Part shown: positions 8,594 through 18,552 of the stretch, piece after piece | Numbering within the stretch: the first letter of the stretch is position 1 | Layout: each line of letters opens with the position of its first letter | DNA from: Enterobacteria phage GiZh | DNA: 64,000 nt | Sequence record: NC_054903.1 | Reading direction: 5' to 3' (one strand) | Notes under the pieces: generated by a model | Seen by the model: only the letters and a program-made list of their open reading frames with translations | Database searches by the model: none | What the model was told of the DNA's origin: nothing | Program-made: the position numbers and the translations under genes

Positions 8594-9436
8594 TTAATCA
8601 ACTGCTATTGGATGAATAGCATTAAACTTATGAAATGCTTCTGATTTTTCTTTACGCGAAACACACATGCGAAGAACCTTTAGTGGTTCATCTTCTTCAC
8701 CCAACGATTTTCGTTTTTCAATATTAGAAGTTTTCCAACGAGCTTGCTCTGGAAACTCTCTATTGATTTGCTCAAGCGCTCTATTATGTTTAGAATTACT
8801 GCGAATTGAACTGCACCCGCCAGGAGCTTGTGCTTTTCCAGATACAACCAGATATTTGAACAAGGCCAAATGCGGATAACCTTGATTAATTAAATTGAGA
8901 AATGCATACATATCTTCGCACAAATCAATTTTTCCATACCCAATTTGTTCTGTCGTAAGTTTTCCAAGGTCATACCATGTATTCGTGAATCCATATGAAT
9001 TTTCACGATAATTACCCCAAGATGAAGTAATTTTAAAAATAGGTAGACGAGCATGGCCATGATAATACCCACAATCCATGGCATCCTCAACATATTGAAT
9101 CAATTCATAGAACTGTTCACGAGTCAATTGATTGACTTTATCCACACAACGACGATCATCTCTTTTTCGCATTGAACTCATACGAATAGTAGTATCATCG
9201 TCAATCATCCAGATTCGTTGACCTGCATACATATCAGTAATTGCTTTACGAGTGCCGGCAATTCCGTTTACATCATCAGGAATAGTTACAATTTTAGCTC
9301 TAGACCCGTAAGCGTCATAATAAGCTTTTTCTTCGTGTTCACGCACTACAATATGGGGTTCATAATCAGTCGGAAACATATCAAGGGCAGAAACTGCCCC
9401 TACACGTTGATAGCTCGGAATTACGAATTGAATCAT
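8594..9436 (-). CDS. putative glycosyltransferase (occupies the T4 segA/beta-gt position)
   Basis: 280 aa from verified ATG 9436-9434 (ATGA overlap with gene 42 stop); DxD-like IDDDTT motif; does not resemble recalled T4 beta-gt. Confidence 0.45.
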   Translation of the reverse strand: MIQFVIPSYQRVGAVSALDMFPTDYEPHIVVREHEEKAYYDAYGSRAKIVTIPDDVNGIAGTRKAITDMYAGQRIWMIDDDTTIRMSSMRKRDDRRCVDKVNQLTREQFYELIQYVEDAMDCGYYHGHARLPIFKITSSWGNYRENSYGFTNTWYDLGKLTTEQIGYGKIDLCEDMYAFLNLINQGYPHLALFKYLVVSGKAQAPGGCSSIRSNSKHNRALEQINREFPEQARWKTSNIEKRKSLGEEDEPLKVLRMCVSRKEKSEAFHKFNAIHPIAVD

Positions 9437-10173
9437 TTCCACTCACCGTTATAATCTTTTTTCACAATATGAGTTTCGCCAGTATTCCACCAATGATCAA
9501 CCAAGTAAAAATGACGAGAATATACATGAAGACTTCCAACATTCCATATAATAGAACCTGCTTTATACTGACGAGTTGAATCGCCTGCATTCAAATCAGA
9601 TACTAATTTATCTAATACGTATTTTTGCCATGCATAATCATTACGGAATCCGAAGACCACGTCATTTGAGCGCATGCTTACTACTGCATTGACTTTCTTA
9701 TCACGAATCAGGTACTGTACTGTATTAGTACACATGAAATCTGACATACCATCTTTATTGTAGTCAAATTGCATGGATGGACGAGTATAAATCATGATAC
9801 CACGTCGAGAATCAGGATTTTGACCAAGTTCAGCTAAACACATATCATACTGGGCATAGTTATCTTCTGACCAAATAGCCCAACCATAATTCGAGTTAAT
9901 TTCGCCTTTAGAAGATGCTACCTGCTGCCAAATCTTTGGTGTTTCACCTGGAATATCTTTAACAAACAAGCTCTTAGATTTATACCATTCAAGTTCACGC
10001 TGAATGTATTCATCATTAAGAGCGCCAAAAATAAACGGTTCATCTGCTACAAATGATGCGCCAATAATTTCAATAGTTTTAACACCAGTTTTATCAACTA
10101 CGAAATCTTTTTCCTTTAATGCAAGCCCCAAATGAAGACGGATTTCTTCAACTGTCATAGAGTCACTAATCAT
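9433..10173 (-). CDS. 42: dCMP hydroxymethylase gp42
   Basis: 246 aa; MISDSMTVEEIRLHLGLALKEKDFVVDKTG...; ATG verified. Confidence 0.9.
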   Translation of the reverse strand: MISDSMTVEEIRLHLGLALKEKDFVVDKTGVKTIEIIGASFVADEPFIFGALNDEYIQRELEWYKSKSLFVKDIPGETPKIWQQVASSKGEINSNYGWAIWSEDNYAQYDMCLAELGQNPDSRRGIMIYTRPSMQFDYNKDGMSDFMCTNTVQYLIRDKKVNAVVSMRSNDVVFGFRNDYAWQKYVLDKLVSDLNAGDSTRQYKAGSIIWNVGSLHVYSRHFYLVDHWWNTGETHIVKKDYNGEWK

Positions 10174-10326
10174 TTAAACCTCAATTGATGCATTCATATT
10201 TAAATTGTAACAGTAATAAACCCCACCCTATGATAAGAGTTGGAATCATAGCAGGAACTGTTACGCTATAGTATATACTTATTATAACCATCAAGATTAA
10301 AAGCAACACTGTTATAATTTTGCTTT

Positions 10327-10578
10327 TCATTCTTTCTCTCTGATGATAATTACCTGATTTGGCTGTGCAGACTTTTTAGTTTCACTAGCAATTGACCAAA
10401 TAAATGTAATAAACCAACCAATAATTGACCAGTTAAACAGTAAAGACGTGAAAAAGATTCCTACTGTCGATTTTGACCCACGCATCAAGGCGATAAACCA
10501 TGGAAGCATGTATATAATAATAGCCAACACACCTGAAACTAAAACCATAAAAATTGAACCTGCTACTAAAGTTTCCAT
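10327..10578 (-). CDS. imm: Imm superinfection immunity membrane protein
   Basis: 83 aa, two hydrophobic helices (METLVAGSIFMVLVSGVLAIIIYMLPWFIALM...); ATG verified. Confidence 0.8.
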   Translation of the reverse strand: METLVAGSIFMVLVSGVLAIIIYMLPWFIALMRGSKSTVGIFFTSLLFNWSIIGWFITFIWSIASETKKSAQPNQVIIIREKE

Positions 10579-10593
10579 GTTTTCCTCACTTAG

Positions 10594-10968
10594 TCAATTT
10601 TTTTTTACACATGAATTATAAGAATTCACTACATACTCCATCGGAGCATTTTTACCAGTACGCCATTGGTAATTATTAGCCCAATTAGCCCAAATTTCGG
10701 CGCAGTAGTTTTCAATTTTTTCTTCGCGTGTAATTACATCAGAATTACGATATGCTTGAGCAGATTCATCTGGACGAATAGCTTCGTCAAAATTCGCCTG
10801 CATTTGTTCTACTGTTTGCTTTGGAGCTTCTTTATAACACTTGACATTAGGATTATAAAATTTGCTTGAACAGTTTACAATTTTTCCTACACCAGACTGA
10901 TTTACTACCGGTCCTTGAGCTACACAACCAGTAAGACCTAATGCAATAACCAAAATAGCGATTTTCAT
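10594..10968 (-). CDS. predicted lipoprotein
   Basis: 124 aa; signal peptide with lipobox MKIAILVIALGLTGC; ATG verified. Confidence 0.6.
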   Translation of the reverse strand: MKIAILVIALGLTGCVAQGPVVNQSGVGKIVNCSSKFYNPNVKCYKEAPKQTVEQMQANFDEAIRPDESAQAYRNSDVITREEKIENYCAEIWANWANNYQWRTGKNAPMEYVVNSYNSCVKKN

Positions 10969-10978
10969 AATAATTTCC

Positions 10979-11215
10979 TCAAATGCAAGTAGTAATTACT
11001 CCAGTAGTGCTTATGCAGGTATTACCCATTTGCACACCTAAAGATCCATTTGTATTCACATGAAGATTATCATCAATTTTAACTGATATTTTACCATTAG
11101 TGTGAATAACGGTGCTAGATTCAATCACAGGTTGAGTATCATTTTCAACACTAACAAATGGAACTGCTGCTAATGCAACTAAACAAACTGCTAAGCATCC
11201 CATAACAATTTTCAT
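10979..11215 (-). CDS. small secreted protein
   Basis: ATG 11215-11213 with GGAG RBS gives MKIVMGCLAVCLVALAAV... signal peptide; track start 11227 is TTG inside the promoter leader. Confidence 0.5.
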   Translation of the reverse strand: MKIVMGCLAVCLVALAAVPFVSVENDTQPVIESSTVIHTNGKISVKIDDNLHVNTNGSLGVQMGNTCISTTGVITTCI

Positions 11216-11252
11216 TTTATTCTCCAAATCTGTATCAGTAGTTGATAGTTGT

Positions 11253-11282
11253 ATAGTACCATGGAAGAACAGTCTTGTAAAC
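11253..11282 (-). promoter_or_regulatory. T4-type early promoter
   Basis: minus strand GTTTACA, 17 nt, TACTAT plus AT-rich UP; part of a 34-nt block identical to 54261-54294. Confidence 0.55.
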
Positions 11283-11369
11283 AGTTTTGTGAAAATTTTT
11301 TAGGGAATTCTAAAGGTCCAGAATCATCTGTTTTTCATAAGTATAGATTTATATTACTTGTATGAAAAA

Positions 11370-11385
11370 GGGACCCGGAGGTCCC
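11370..11385 (-). terminator. intrinsic terminator downstream of gene 43
   Basis: GGGACC-tccg-GGTCCC hairpin followed by U-run on minus strand. Confidence 0.6.
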
Positions 11386-11398
11386 TAGATTTATTCTA

Positions 11399-14095
11399 TC
11401 AGCCAAACAGGAAGTCTAACGAAGCTTTTTCTTCATAGTCCATACCAGCCGATTCACACATGCCTGCAAGCGGTTTAACAAACGATTTTTGGAACAAAGT
11501 TGAGTAGTCAATCCAAGACAATACGTCAGAACGAATTTCTTTTGGAAGTTCTGTGCCCGACGGCCAAGCAATGCACTTGTCACCAAATGGATTTCCTTCA
11601 CGCAATGGAAGAACCATTACTTTATTTCCATCCAAAATTGGAGCTACACCTAAACCGTTAACAGCTCGACGATAAGTTAGCACACCACGAATATGGAACG
11701 GGCATTTAAATCCTGGCCAACCTTTATCATCATATTTCGCTATATCGTTCGCAGTTTTTACTTCAGCGATAACTTTATAGTCAAGTTGACGATATTCTTT
11801 CTCGAAGTTCTTGTAGTATTCTTGAACAGACTCTTCACCTTCCTGAAGAATACGACGAATACTTTCTTCGAGTGCTTCTTGCACTGCTTTTGGTGTTGAA
11901 CTCTGCTGAGTTTCCATACCCATGATTTTTAGATGCGGTTCAGCAAATCGCTTATCTTCCATATCATAAACGTTCAGAGCATAACGCTTTTTCGCTTTCC
12001 AAAATCCGCCAACGCCCTTTGAACCAAGTGGAGGGCAAGAAATAGCTTCACGGTCCATATGCATCAGATGCTCGCGGTTATTCATATAATCACATAACTC
12101 ACGATATGCAACATCAATCATAGGTTCCATCTTTTTCTTACCGAATTGATTCATGAATTCAACTAAATCGTTCTGCTCTTTGAATCGGTCAAGACCAACT
12201 TTTTCAATAACTTTATCTACACAAACATATACCGAATCAGTATCACCTGCTGCGATGAAATCTTCGCCATTAGTTCCACATACTTTATTCAGATACTCAT
12301 TAATTTTACGAGCAATCCACTGAATACCAACTTGACCAAAAATTGTGATAGCAGTAGCATTTCGCAAATCATAGTAACGGAAATGAATGTTACCAAGAGC
12401 ACCATAAAGACTATTAATAAGAATTTTACGGTTCAGCTGATTTGTGTTAGCAAGTGTAGCTGCTTTTTCACATTCTTCAATCAAACTATTGAGAACAGAT
12501 TCAGTATAATTCGATAGTTCATTTAAGAAATCATCACTGAACTTAACATATCGTTCAACTTCAGGTTTAGTTGAACAAGACCCTGCGCCTTTCATAATAA
12601 TCTTTTTAATAGCTTCGGCATTCATTTCTTCAGCGAACATTTTCTTTTTCCAATCTTTACGCTGGAAAAATACTTTAGCGATTTCCTTTGGAATGATACC
12701 TTCTTGATGCTTATCGTACATCCATCCATTCGGAGAACAAGAATATTCATCACTCGGTTTAGGAGCTGTTCCTGCGATATATTCATGAATTGGATGAACT
12801 TTAAACTGCCCACGAATAGTCTCAGGACTAATGTTAACCTGACGAATAATGCTCGGATACAGAGACGTCAAGTCAAAACTCATAATATATCGACGAGCAA
12901 TTGGTTTAGGTTCAAACACAAATGCACCCGGAAAACTCTGTTTAACATGCGAACCTTGTTGAGGAATAACCTTATGTTCACCTTTCAATGAGTTAAAAAT
13001 AATAGCATCCCAGGTTTTAATAGGACTCATTACACCAGAAAAAGGCATTTTAGCGTAATAAGACATACTTAAAACTAGATCGATAAACCCGCGGATTTTA
13101 TCAATTGCTTGAACTGATTCTACGTCAATGATGTTATAACTAATGTATCGTTGATGATTAGTCTCACGAAGTTTATTAATAGGACCGTCGTATGGTAATT
13201 TACCTTTTTTGGTTTCATGCTGAGCAACTGATTCCAAAGAGAATGACGGCAAATTAGTAAATGCGAATTTCTTATACAAATCTAAATAATCAAGAATAGA
13301 TACGCCATCAATAGAATAAATTTCTTTGCTACCGTACATATTTTGGATAAGTTTAGATTTTACTCGACCGATTGGAGAGAAGCGTTTCATACTACGTTCA
13401 CCGAGAACCATTTTAACGCGATTCATGATATACGGAACGTCAAATCCCTCAATATTCCAACCAGTAAAAATAGCAGGTCGTTTCTGTTCCCAAAGATTGA
13501 TATATTCCATGAGCATATCACGCTCGTTATCGAATGGCATATAAATTACTCGGTCAAGAATTTCTTGAGGAACTTCATCACCACCTTCACAGTCAAGCTT
13601 AGCAGCTAACTTTGCATCCCATTTTGATACTGAACCGTACATTGAATTCAAAAGGTCGAAAACATAAAAACGGTCATCAATTGAATCGTAATGAGTGATA
13701 GCATCAATTTCATATTCTGCTTTCATTGGGTCAGGAAATTTATCACCAGTAACCTCAATGTCACAGTTAGCTACACGAACAAATTTTCGGTCATAAACAA
13801 TTTCTGAACCATATGTATCACTGATATAAGCGAGTTTAAAATCGTTCATACCGAGAGCTTCGAGACCGATGTCTTCCATTCGCTTCATCCAGTCTCGAGC
13901 ATCTTTCATTGATGGAAATTTTTGAGGAGCGCAATTTTTACCATAGATGTCTTTGTATTTTGACTCTTCCTTACAATGTCTAAACATAGTTGGAAGATAT
14001 TCTACTTCACGAGTACGTTCCTTTCCGTTTTCATCAATATAACGTTCAACAATGTTATTTCCGACTGTTTCAATAGAGATATAAAATTCTTTCAT
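11399..14095 (-). CDS. 43: DNA polymerase gp43 (family B, with 3'-5' exonuclease)
   Basis: 898 aa; MKEFYISIETVGNNIVERYID...; exo and polymerase motifs (DIE, YGDTDS); ATG verified. Confidence 0.97.
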   Translation of the reverse strand: MKEFYISIETVGNNIVERYIDENGKERTREVEYLPTMFRHCKEESKYKDIYGKNCAPQKFPSMKDARDWMKRMEDIGLEALGMNDFKLAYISDTYGSEIVYDRKFVRVANCDIEVTGDKFPDPMKAEYEIDAITHYDSIDDRFYVFDLLNSMYGSVSKWDAKLAAKLDCEGGDEVPQEILDRVIYMPFDNERDMLMEYINLWEQKRPAIFTGWNIEGFDVPYIMNRVKMVLGERSMKRFSPIGRVKSKLIQNMYGSKEIYSIDGVSILDYLDLYKKFAFTNLPSFSLESVAQHETKKGKLPYDGPINKLRETNHQRYISYNIIDVESVQAIDKIRGFIDLVLSMSYYAKMPFSGVMSPIKTWDAIIFNSLKGEHKVIPQQGSHVKQSFPGAFVFEPKPIARRYIMSFDLTSLYPSIIRQVNISPETIRGQFKVHPIHEYIAGTAPKPSDEYSCSPNGWMYDKHQEGIIPKEIAKVFFQRKDWKKKMFAEEMNAEAIKKIIMKGAGSCSTKPEVERYVKFSDDFLNELSNYTESVLNSLIEECEKAATLANTNQLNRKILINSLYGALGNIHFRYYDLRNATAITIFGQVGIQWIARKINEYLNKVCGTNGEDFIAAGDTDSVYVCVDKVIEKVGLDRFKEQNDLVEFMNQFGKKKMEPMIDVAYRELCDYMNNREHLMHMDREAISCPPLGSKGVGGFWKAKKRYALNVYDMEDKRFAEPHLKIMGMETQQSSTPKAVQEALEESIRRILQEGEESVQEYYKNFEKEYRQLDYKVIAEVKTANDIAKYDDKGWPGFKCPFHIRGVLTYRRAVNGLGVAPILDGNKVMVLPLREGNPFGDKCIAWPSGTELPKEIRSDVLSWIDYSTLFQKSFVKPLAGMCESAGMDYEEKASLDFLFG

Positions 14096-14155
14096 AGATA
14101 TTCCTTAGTTTATAGCCCGAGTTATTAGGCTCTTGATATATTATACTCCAAATAA

Positions 14156-14169
14156 GGGGCCGAAGCCCC
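14156..14169 (-). terminator. UUCG-tetraloop hairpin / terminator upstream of gene 43
   Basis: minus strand GGGGC-UUCG-GCCCC followed by U-rich tract. Confidence 0.55.
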
Positions 14170-14173
14170 TTGC

Positions 14174-14437
14174 TTAAATTAGTACTATTTGTCGGTGAAA
14201 AATTGTCATTCCATCTGCATTAATTGACTTAACGACTGCAGTAAAGTGTTTTTGTTCTGGGTGAATTAATTTTTGAAATTCTACCTGAAATTTTAGTTGA
14301 AGGTTTTCTGGTAAATCGAAAAGTGTTTCTGTTGCAGAAAGATTATATTTTTCTTTAAGAGACGCCATGTATTCTTGTGGAGTTATAGCAGTCATATTAA
14401 TTACCAATCGTATATTTAGGAACGAGTTTCCATTCAT
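14174..14437 (-). CDS. hypothetical protein between regA and 43
   Basis: 87-aa ORF; alternative ATGs at 14395 and 14368; start uncertain; overlaps regA 3' end. Confidence 0.4.
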   Translation of the reverse strand: MNGNSFLNIRLVINMTAITPQEYMASLKEKYNLSATETLFDLPENLQLKFQVEFQKLIHPEQKHFTAVVKSINADGMTIFHRQIVLI

Positions 14438-14765
14438 GTTTTTGTTTAAAAGAAATAACTCGGAAGTTATTAGTTAAATCTTTCATAAAAGTTCTTTGAC
14501 CAGGAACGATTTCAATCAGCCCCCAATCTTCTAACAACCATGCAATCGAATCACGACGAACTTCATCTTCTTCTGTCATTTCAACTTGACGACCATCCAT
14601 ACGAAGCATTTCTTTAAAATGAACGATATAGTATAGTCCTTTTTTCTGAAGAATATGACAGGACTGATACAGAACTTTATCTTTATTATTAGCAATTCCC
14701 ATACGAGTCAAAGTTTCTTTTACTTTCAGAAAATCTTCAGGTTTTTTAAGAGTAATTTCAATCAT
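14397..14765 (-). CDS. regA: translational repressor RegA
   Basis: 122 aa, size and position as T4 RegA; ATG verified. Confidence 0.85.
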   Translation of the reverse strand: MIEITLKKPEDFLKVKETLTRMGIANNKDKVLYQSCHILQKKGLYYIVHFKEMLRMDGRQVEMTEEDEVRRDSIAWLLEDWGLIEIVPGQRTFMKDLTNNFRVISFKQKHEWKLVPKYTIGN

Positions 14766-14766
14766 T

Positions 14767-15330
14767 TTACCATTCCAATGCTAGTTTTTTGAGTTGTTTC
14801 TGTTCTTTTACGTTCTTAGTCACTTCTTTCAAAAAATCATCCGTGACTAAACCTTTTAGTTCTTTTAATACTAAAGGAAGTTTTCCATTTTTAGTAAGAA
14901 TTGATTTATAGTTAATTGCATCATTTGTATTAACTTGATACCGCTTAGCAATTAACTTAATAATCAATACTTCGGTGGAATCTTCAACTAGTTTTGCCCA
15001 TTTACCATATCTTTTACCACGAGGAACTGCAGCCATTAGATAATTAAAATGAGCTTCATCACTTAAGCCTGATCCAATTAAATTCATAGCATATACAGCT
15101 GGCATGCACTCTGGAAATTGTGATAATGCATTTTCAACCATGAATTTTGAATAATCTTTTTGAGCAATAGAGCATTTAGTTTTATTATTAATAGCTCCAA
15201 TTATTTCAAAAAACTCATTTTCAGCTTTTTCTTTAAAAGAATCAGCAGCGGATTGGACAGCTGTCCAATCTTTTGAATACCAAGCAACTTGATGCTCGTT
15301 TAATTGAATATCATCTTCAAATAAGCTCAT
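14767..15330 (-). CDS. 62: clamp loader small subunit gp62
   Basis: 187 aa; [22 protein letters not shown]...; between regA and 44. Confidence 0.9.
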   Translation of the reverse strand: MSLFEDDIQLNEHQVAWYSKDWTAVQSAADSFKEKAENEFFEIIGAINNKTKCSIAQKDYSKFMVENALSQFPECMPAVYAMNLIGSGLSDEAHFNYLMAAVPRGKRYGKWAKLVEDSTEVLIIKLIAKRYQVNTNDAINYKSILTKNGKLPLVLKELKGLVTDDFLKEVTKNVKEQKQLKKLALEW

Positions 15331-15331
15331 A

Positions 15332-16291
15332 TCACTTCCACTGCATTTCGCATGCTAATTGAATGAAAAGATATGCTAAATGTAATTCCGTATTAGCCGC
15401 AATTCCATGATACTGGTTATTTTCACCAACAATTTCATACATACGAATAATACTTTGCGGAGTTACGCGTGTATAGATTTCTTCGGCAAGTTTACCAACG
15501 AACCACGAATAATCAGCCGCATATTTTGGTGCTAAAGCTCTGAGTTGTTTAACATCTTTATTTTTGAGAGACTCAAGAACATCATCAATAGCACCACGAT
15601 CGTTAGTAACCAGTGATAAAATACCAGCATCCAAAACACCTTTAGACGAATAACTATCGAGCTCGCCAATAGTTTTACGAAAATCAGGAAAATTCTTTTT
15701 AACCAAAGCTGCTACAACTTTCATATCAGCTATAGCAATTCCTTCATGCTTACAGATTTCAGTCAATCGACGAATCATCTGCTTCATCATTTCAATTTTA
15801 TCTTCATCGGTTGGTTGACCGAACGTAATAACTCGGCAGCGTGACTGAAGTGGTTTAATAATACCATCAATATTGTTAGCAGTAATAATAATACTACAGT
15901 TTGAACTATAAGCTTCCATAAAGGAACGAAGATGTCGCTGAGACTCTGCTAACCCTGAACGGTCAAATTCATCAATAACGATTACTTTTTGACGACCATC
16001 AAATGAAGCTGCACTAGCAAAATTAGTTAAAGGACCACGAACGAAATCAATTTTACAATCTGACCCATTCACAAACATCATATCAGCATTTACATCATGA
16101 CACAATGCTTTTGCTACAGTTGTTTTACCTGTTCCTGGAGAAGGAGAATGAAGAATAATATGTGGAATCTTACCTTTACTTGTAATAGATTTAAAGGTTT
16201 CTTTATCAAAGGCGGGAAGAATACATTCATCGATAGTAGATGGACGATATTTCTGTTCAAGAATGTGTTCTTTTTCATTTACAGTAATCAT
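15332..16291 (-). CDS. 44: clamp loader ATPase gp44 (AAA+)
   Basis: From ATG 16291-16289 (RBS GAGGAAA): [18 protein letters not shown]..., Walker [11 protein letters not shown]; track start 16306 is TTG. Confidence 0.95.
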   Translation of the reverse strand: MITVNEKEHILEQKYRPSTIDECILPAFDKETFKSITSKGKIPHIILHSPSPGTGKTTVAKALCHDVNADMMFVNGSDCKIDFVRGPLTNFASAASFDGRQKVIVIDEFDRSGLAESQRHLRSFMEAYSSNCSIIITANNIDGIIKPLQSRCRVITFGQPTDEDKIEMMKQMIRRLTEICKHEGIAIADMKVVAALVKKNFPDFRKTIGELDSYSSKGVLDAGILSLVTNDRGAIDDVLESLKNKDVKQLRALAPKYAADYSWFVGKLAEEIYTRVTPQSIIRMYEIVGENNQYHGIAANTELHLAYLFIQLACEMQWK

Positions 16292-16325
16292 AATTTCCTC
16301 ATTCAAGTTTTAGTGTAAATTATAA

Positions 16326-16339
16326 AGGGCCGAAGCCCT
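16326..16339 (-). terminator. UUCG-tetraloop hairpin between genes 45 and 44
   Basis: minus strand AGGGC-UUCG-GCCCT; could attenuate or structure the 45-44 transcript. Confidence 0.5.
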
Positions 16340-16342
16340 CTA

Positions 16343-17029
16343 TTAAAAATCGTGGGTAGAATCAGCTTCAAGAGCTACTACATAATTCGCATGTTCACCT
16401 TCAAATTTAGCAGCACCTTGTTTACCTTTTGCCCAGAGCAGAAGTTTATAATTTCCTGGTTGCATTTTCATATTTGCCATATTGATAATGAAATTAAATG
16501 TATTTTCACCATCATAATCACCAAGAGTCAAAGAATATTTAACACGAGTCAAAGCAGAATCTTCTACTTTATTAAAACCGTTAATTACGATTTTACCTTC
16601 TTTTACCGTGATAGCAATTGTATCAATTTGCAGACCACGAGATACACGCAACAGTTGTTGAAGGTCTTCAGCTTTAATTTCAGTAACAACAGATGCTACC
16701 GGGAATGGAATTGGTTTATTAGGAGCAACTACTGTACTCGGATCGGCTGCTGGCCAAAAAATTGTTGAACGAGCATCAGCAATTTTAATATTTCCATCTT
16801 CTGACTGGGAAATTTCTGCATCATCATTAACTAGAGACAGAATACCAAGAAAACCGTTCAAATCGTAAATCGCTACATCAAAATCAATAGTGTCAGAAAT
16901 ATTTGCTTCTGCATAAGTTGTACCATTAACTGCGCGAGTCATAATAAATTGACCTGATTTAAGCATAATGCCAGAGTTAATAGTAGCGAAATTTTTCAAA
17001 ATATTCAGTGTGTCTTTAGATAATTTCAT
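16343..17029 (-). CDS. 45: sliding clamp gp45
   Basis: 228 aa; MKLSKDTLNILKNFATINSGIMLKSGQFIMTRAVNGTTYAEANISD...; ATG verified. Confidence 0.95.
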   Translation of the reverse strand: MKLSKDTLNILKNFATINSGIMLKSGQFIMTRAVNGTTYAEANISDTIDFDVAIYDLNGFLGILSLVNDDAEISQSEDGNIKIADARSTIFWPAADPSTVVAPNKPIPFPVASVVTEIKAEDLQQLLRVSRGLQIDTIAITVKEGKIVINGFNKVEDSALTRVKYSLTLGDYDGENTFNFIINMANMKMQPGNYKLLLWAKGKQGAAKFEGEHANYVVALEADSTHDF

Positions 17030-17913
17030 TTCAATTTCCTATTTACATAATAGTTAGACCAGGACCGTACAGCACCCTGATAAGATTCGTCGTTAAACCC
17101 ATTAGCTACTGCAATTTTACGAAATTTATTATAACTTGGTTTTCCGTAAGCATGCCATAAAGATTTTAATTCATCTTCATGTTCAATCCAAGTTCCTCTA
17201 GCTTTAGATTTTCTAAATTTTGATTTGAATTCCGGTAAATTATTTCTAACAGTTGCTTGAATTGAAGCTCTCTGTCTTCTTTCAGCATTATTCCATAATT
17301 CTTTTTGAGATTTAGAAATTTTTGATCTTACACTTTCTGAATTCATTATATCACTAAACTTTTTAGCATAACTACAATCAAGATATTTCAATTTCATCTT
17401 ATTTGAGAGTTTAAGCTTTTTCTCATCGGTCCAGTGATTCTTCATTGAATTAGATATTTTGTATTTTACTTCAGAACTATGTTTGTAACCTTTACGAATA
17501 CCGACATACTCAGGCGTAATTTCAGATTGCGAAAGCTTTACAATTTTTCCAGTTAAAACATTTTTATATGTTCCATATCCTTTAGCACCAATTAAAGTAT
17601 TTTCATCTGCGTATGCTTTATTAAAATATTTTATATTACTCTTTGCTTTAACTTTTAATTGAAAAAATCTCTCCAATTTTCTTGGATCTAATATAGTTTC
17701 AGCTAAAATTTTGACGGTATATTTAGTGGTTTTAATAAGTTCAAAATATTCATCGCTATAACTCGATGACACGCTTCCAGTATAAATCTTTCCAGCTGAA
17801 TCAATTATATTTGTTCCATCGAAAATTGCGTTAATTTTTGAACCTATATAATAACACGGAAAAATATTTTTAGCTTCCCGCTCTGGAAAGCTAATAAGAT
17901 ATACTAAATTCAT
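17026..17913 (-). mobile_element. freestanding GIY-YIG-like homing endonuclease gene (between rpbA and 45)
   Basis: 295 aa; N-terminal VYLISFP-(10)-YYIGSK (GIY-(X10)-YIG pattern); Lys-rich C-terminal half with NUMOD-like repeats; no gene sits here in recalled T4 order. Confidence 0.55.
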
Positions 17914-18299
17914 TTATTAAACTCGGCCACAATTGTTTCCGCAACAATTTGTGCAGCAACAATCAGACGTTCATCTGCATTACCGCAATAATCATCTTCA
18001 AGGCGTTCACCACATGAAGTCATAATAAATTTAGCACCGGCGTTTAGGGATTCTGTAGTATGTTTGCGCATTAGTTCAATCCATTTATTACTTACTTCAC
18101 GATCGATAGCTTCATAATACGCATGACGAGCAGGTGCAGATTTAATTTTGTTCTGAATAACTTCCATTGCGTTATCAGAAAGAGACAAAACCCATGCGCG
18201 ACGAATTTTATTTTGGTTTTGTGGATTTGATTCAGAACGCACGTGTTTTGGCTGAATATCTTTTACATCAACAGTATAATTCACAGTAATTTTAGTCAT
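17910..18299 (-). CDS. rpbA: RNA polymerase-binding protein RpbA
   Basis: 129 aa, position between 46 and 45 as in T4; ATG verified. Confidence 0.75.
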   Translation of the reverse strand: MTKITVNYTVDVKDIQPKHVRSESNPQNQNKIRRAWVLSLSDNAMEVIQNKIKSAPARHAYYEAIDREVSNKWIELMRKHTTESLNAGAKFIMTSCGERLEDDYCGNADERLIVAAQIVAETIVAEFNK

Positions 18300-18308
18300 A
18301 ATACACCT

Positions 18309-18497
18309 TTAGTCATAATAATCAGTAACAGTCCAAGCTTCATTTCTATTGGACATTATTTTTGTATATTCTGCTTTAAATGCATTCCTAAGCATAGATT
18401 CAGTAACTATATGCTCTTCATTAGAAAAATTATTTCTCAGAATATATCGTTTTATTTCAGGAAAAGTTAATAAATGCTGTCCAGTTGAATATTCCAT
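18309..18497 (-). CDS. hypothetical protein (45.2 position)
   Basis: 62-aa ORF between gene 46 and rpbA. Confidence 0.5.
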   Translation of the reverse strand: MEYSTGQHLLTFPEIKRYILRNNFSNEEHIVTESMLRNAFKAEYTKIMSNRNEAWTVTDYYD

Positions 18498-18552
18498 GTT
18501 TTTCCTCCATAGAGATTATACTCTAATAAATTAAAGCATAATCTCTTATAAA

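Noticed and set aside
16292-16306. Five extra N-terminal codons on gene 44
   Set aside because: Track start is TTG; ATG at 16291 with a GAGGAAA RBS gives the T4-like N-terminus MITVNEK.
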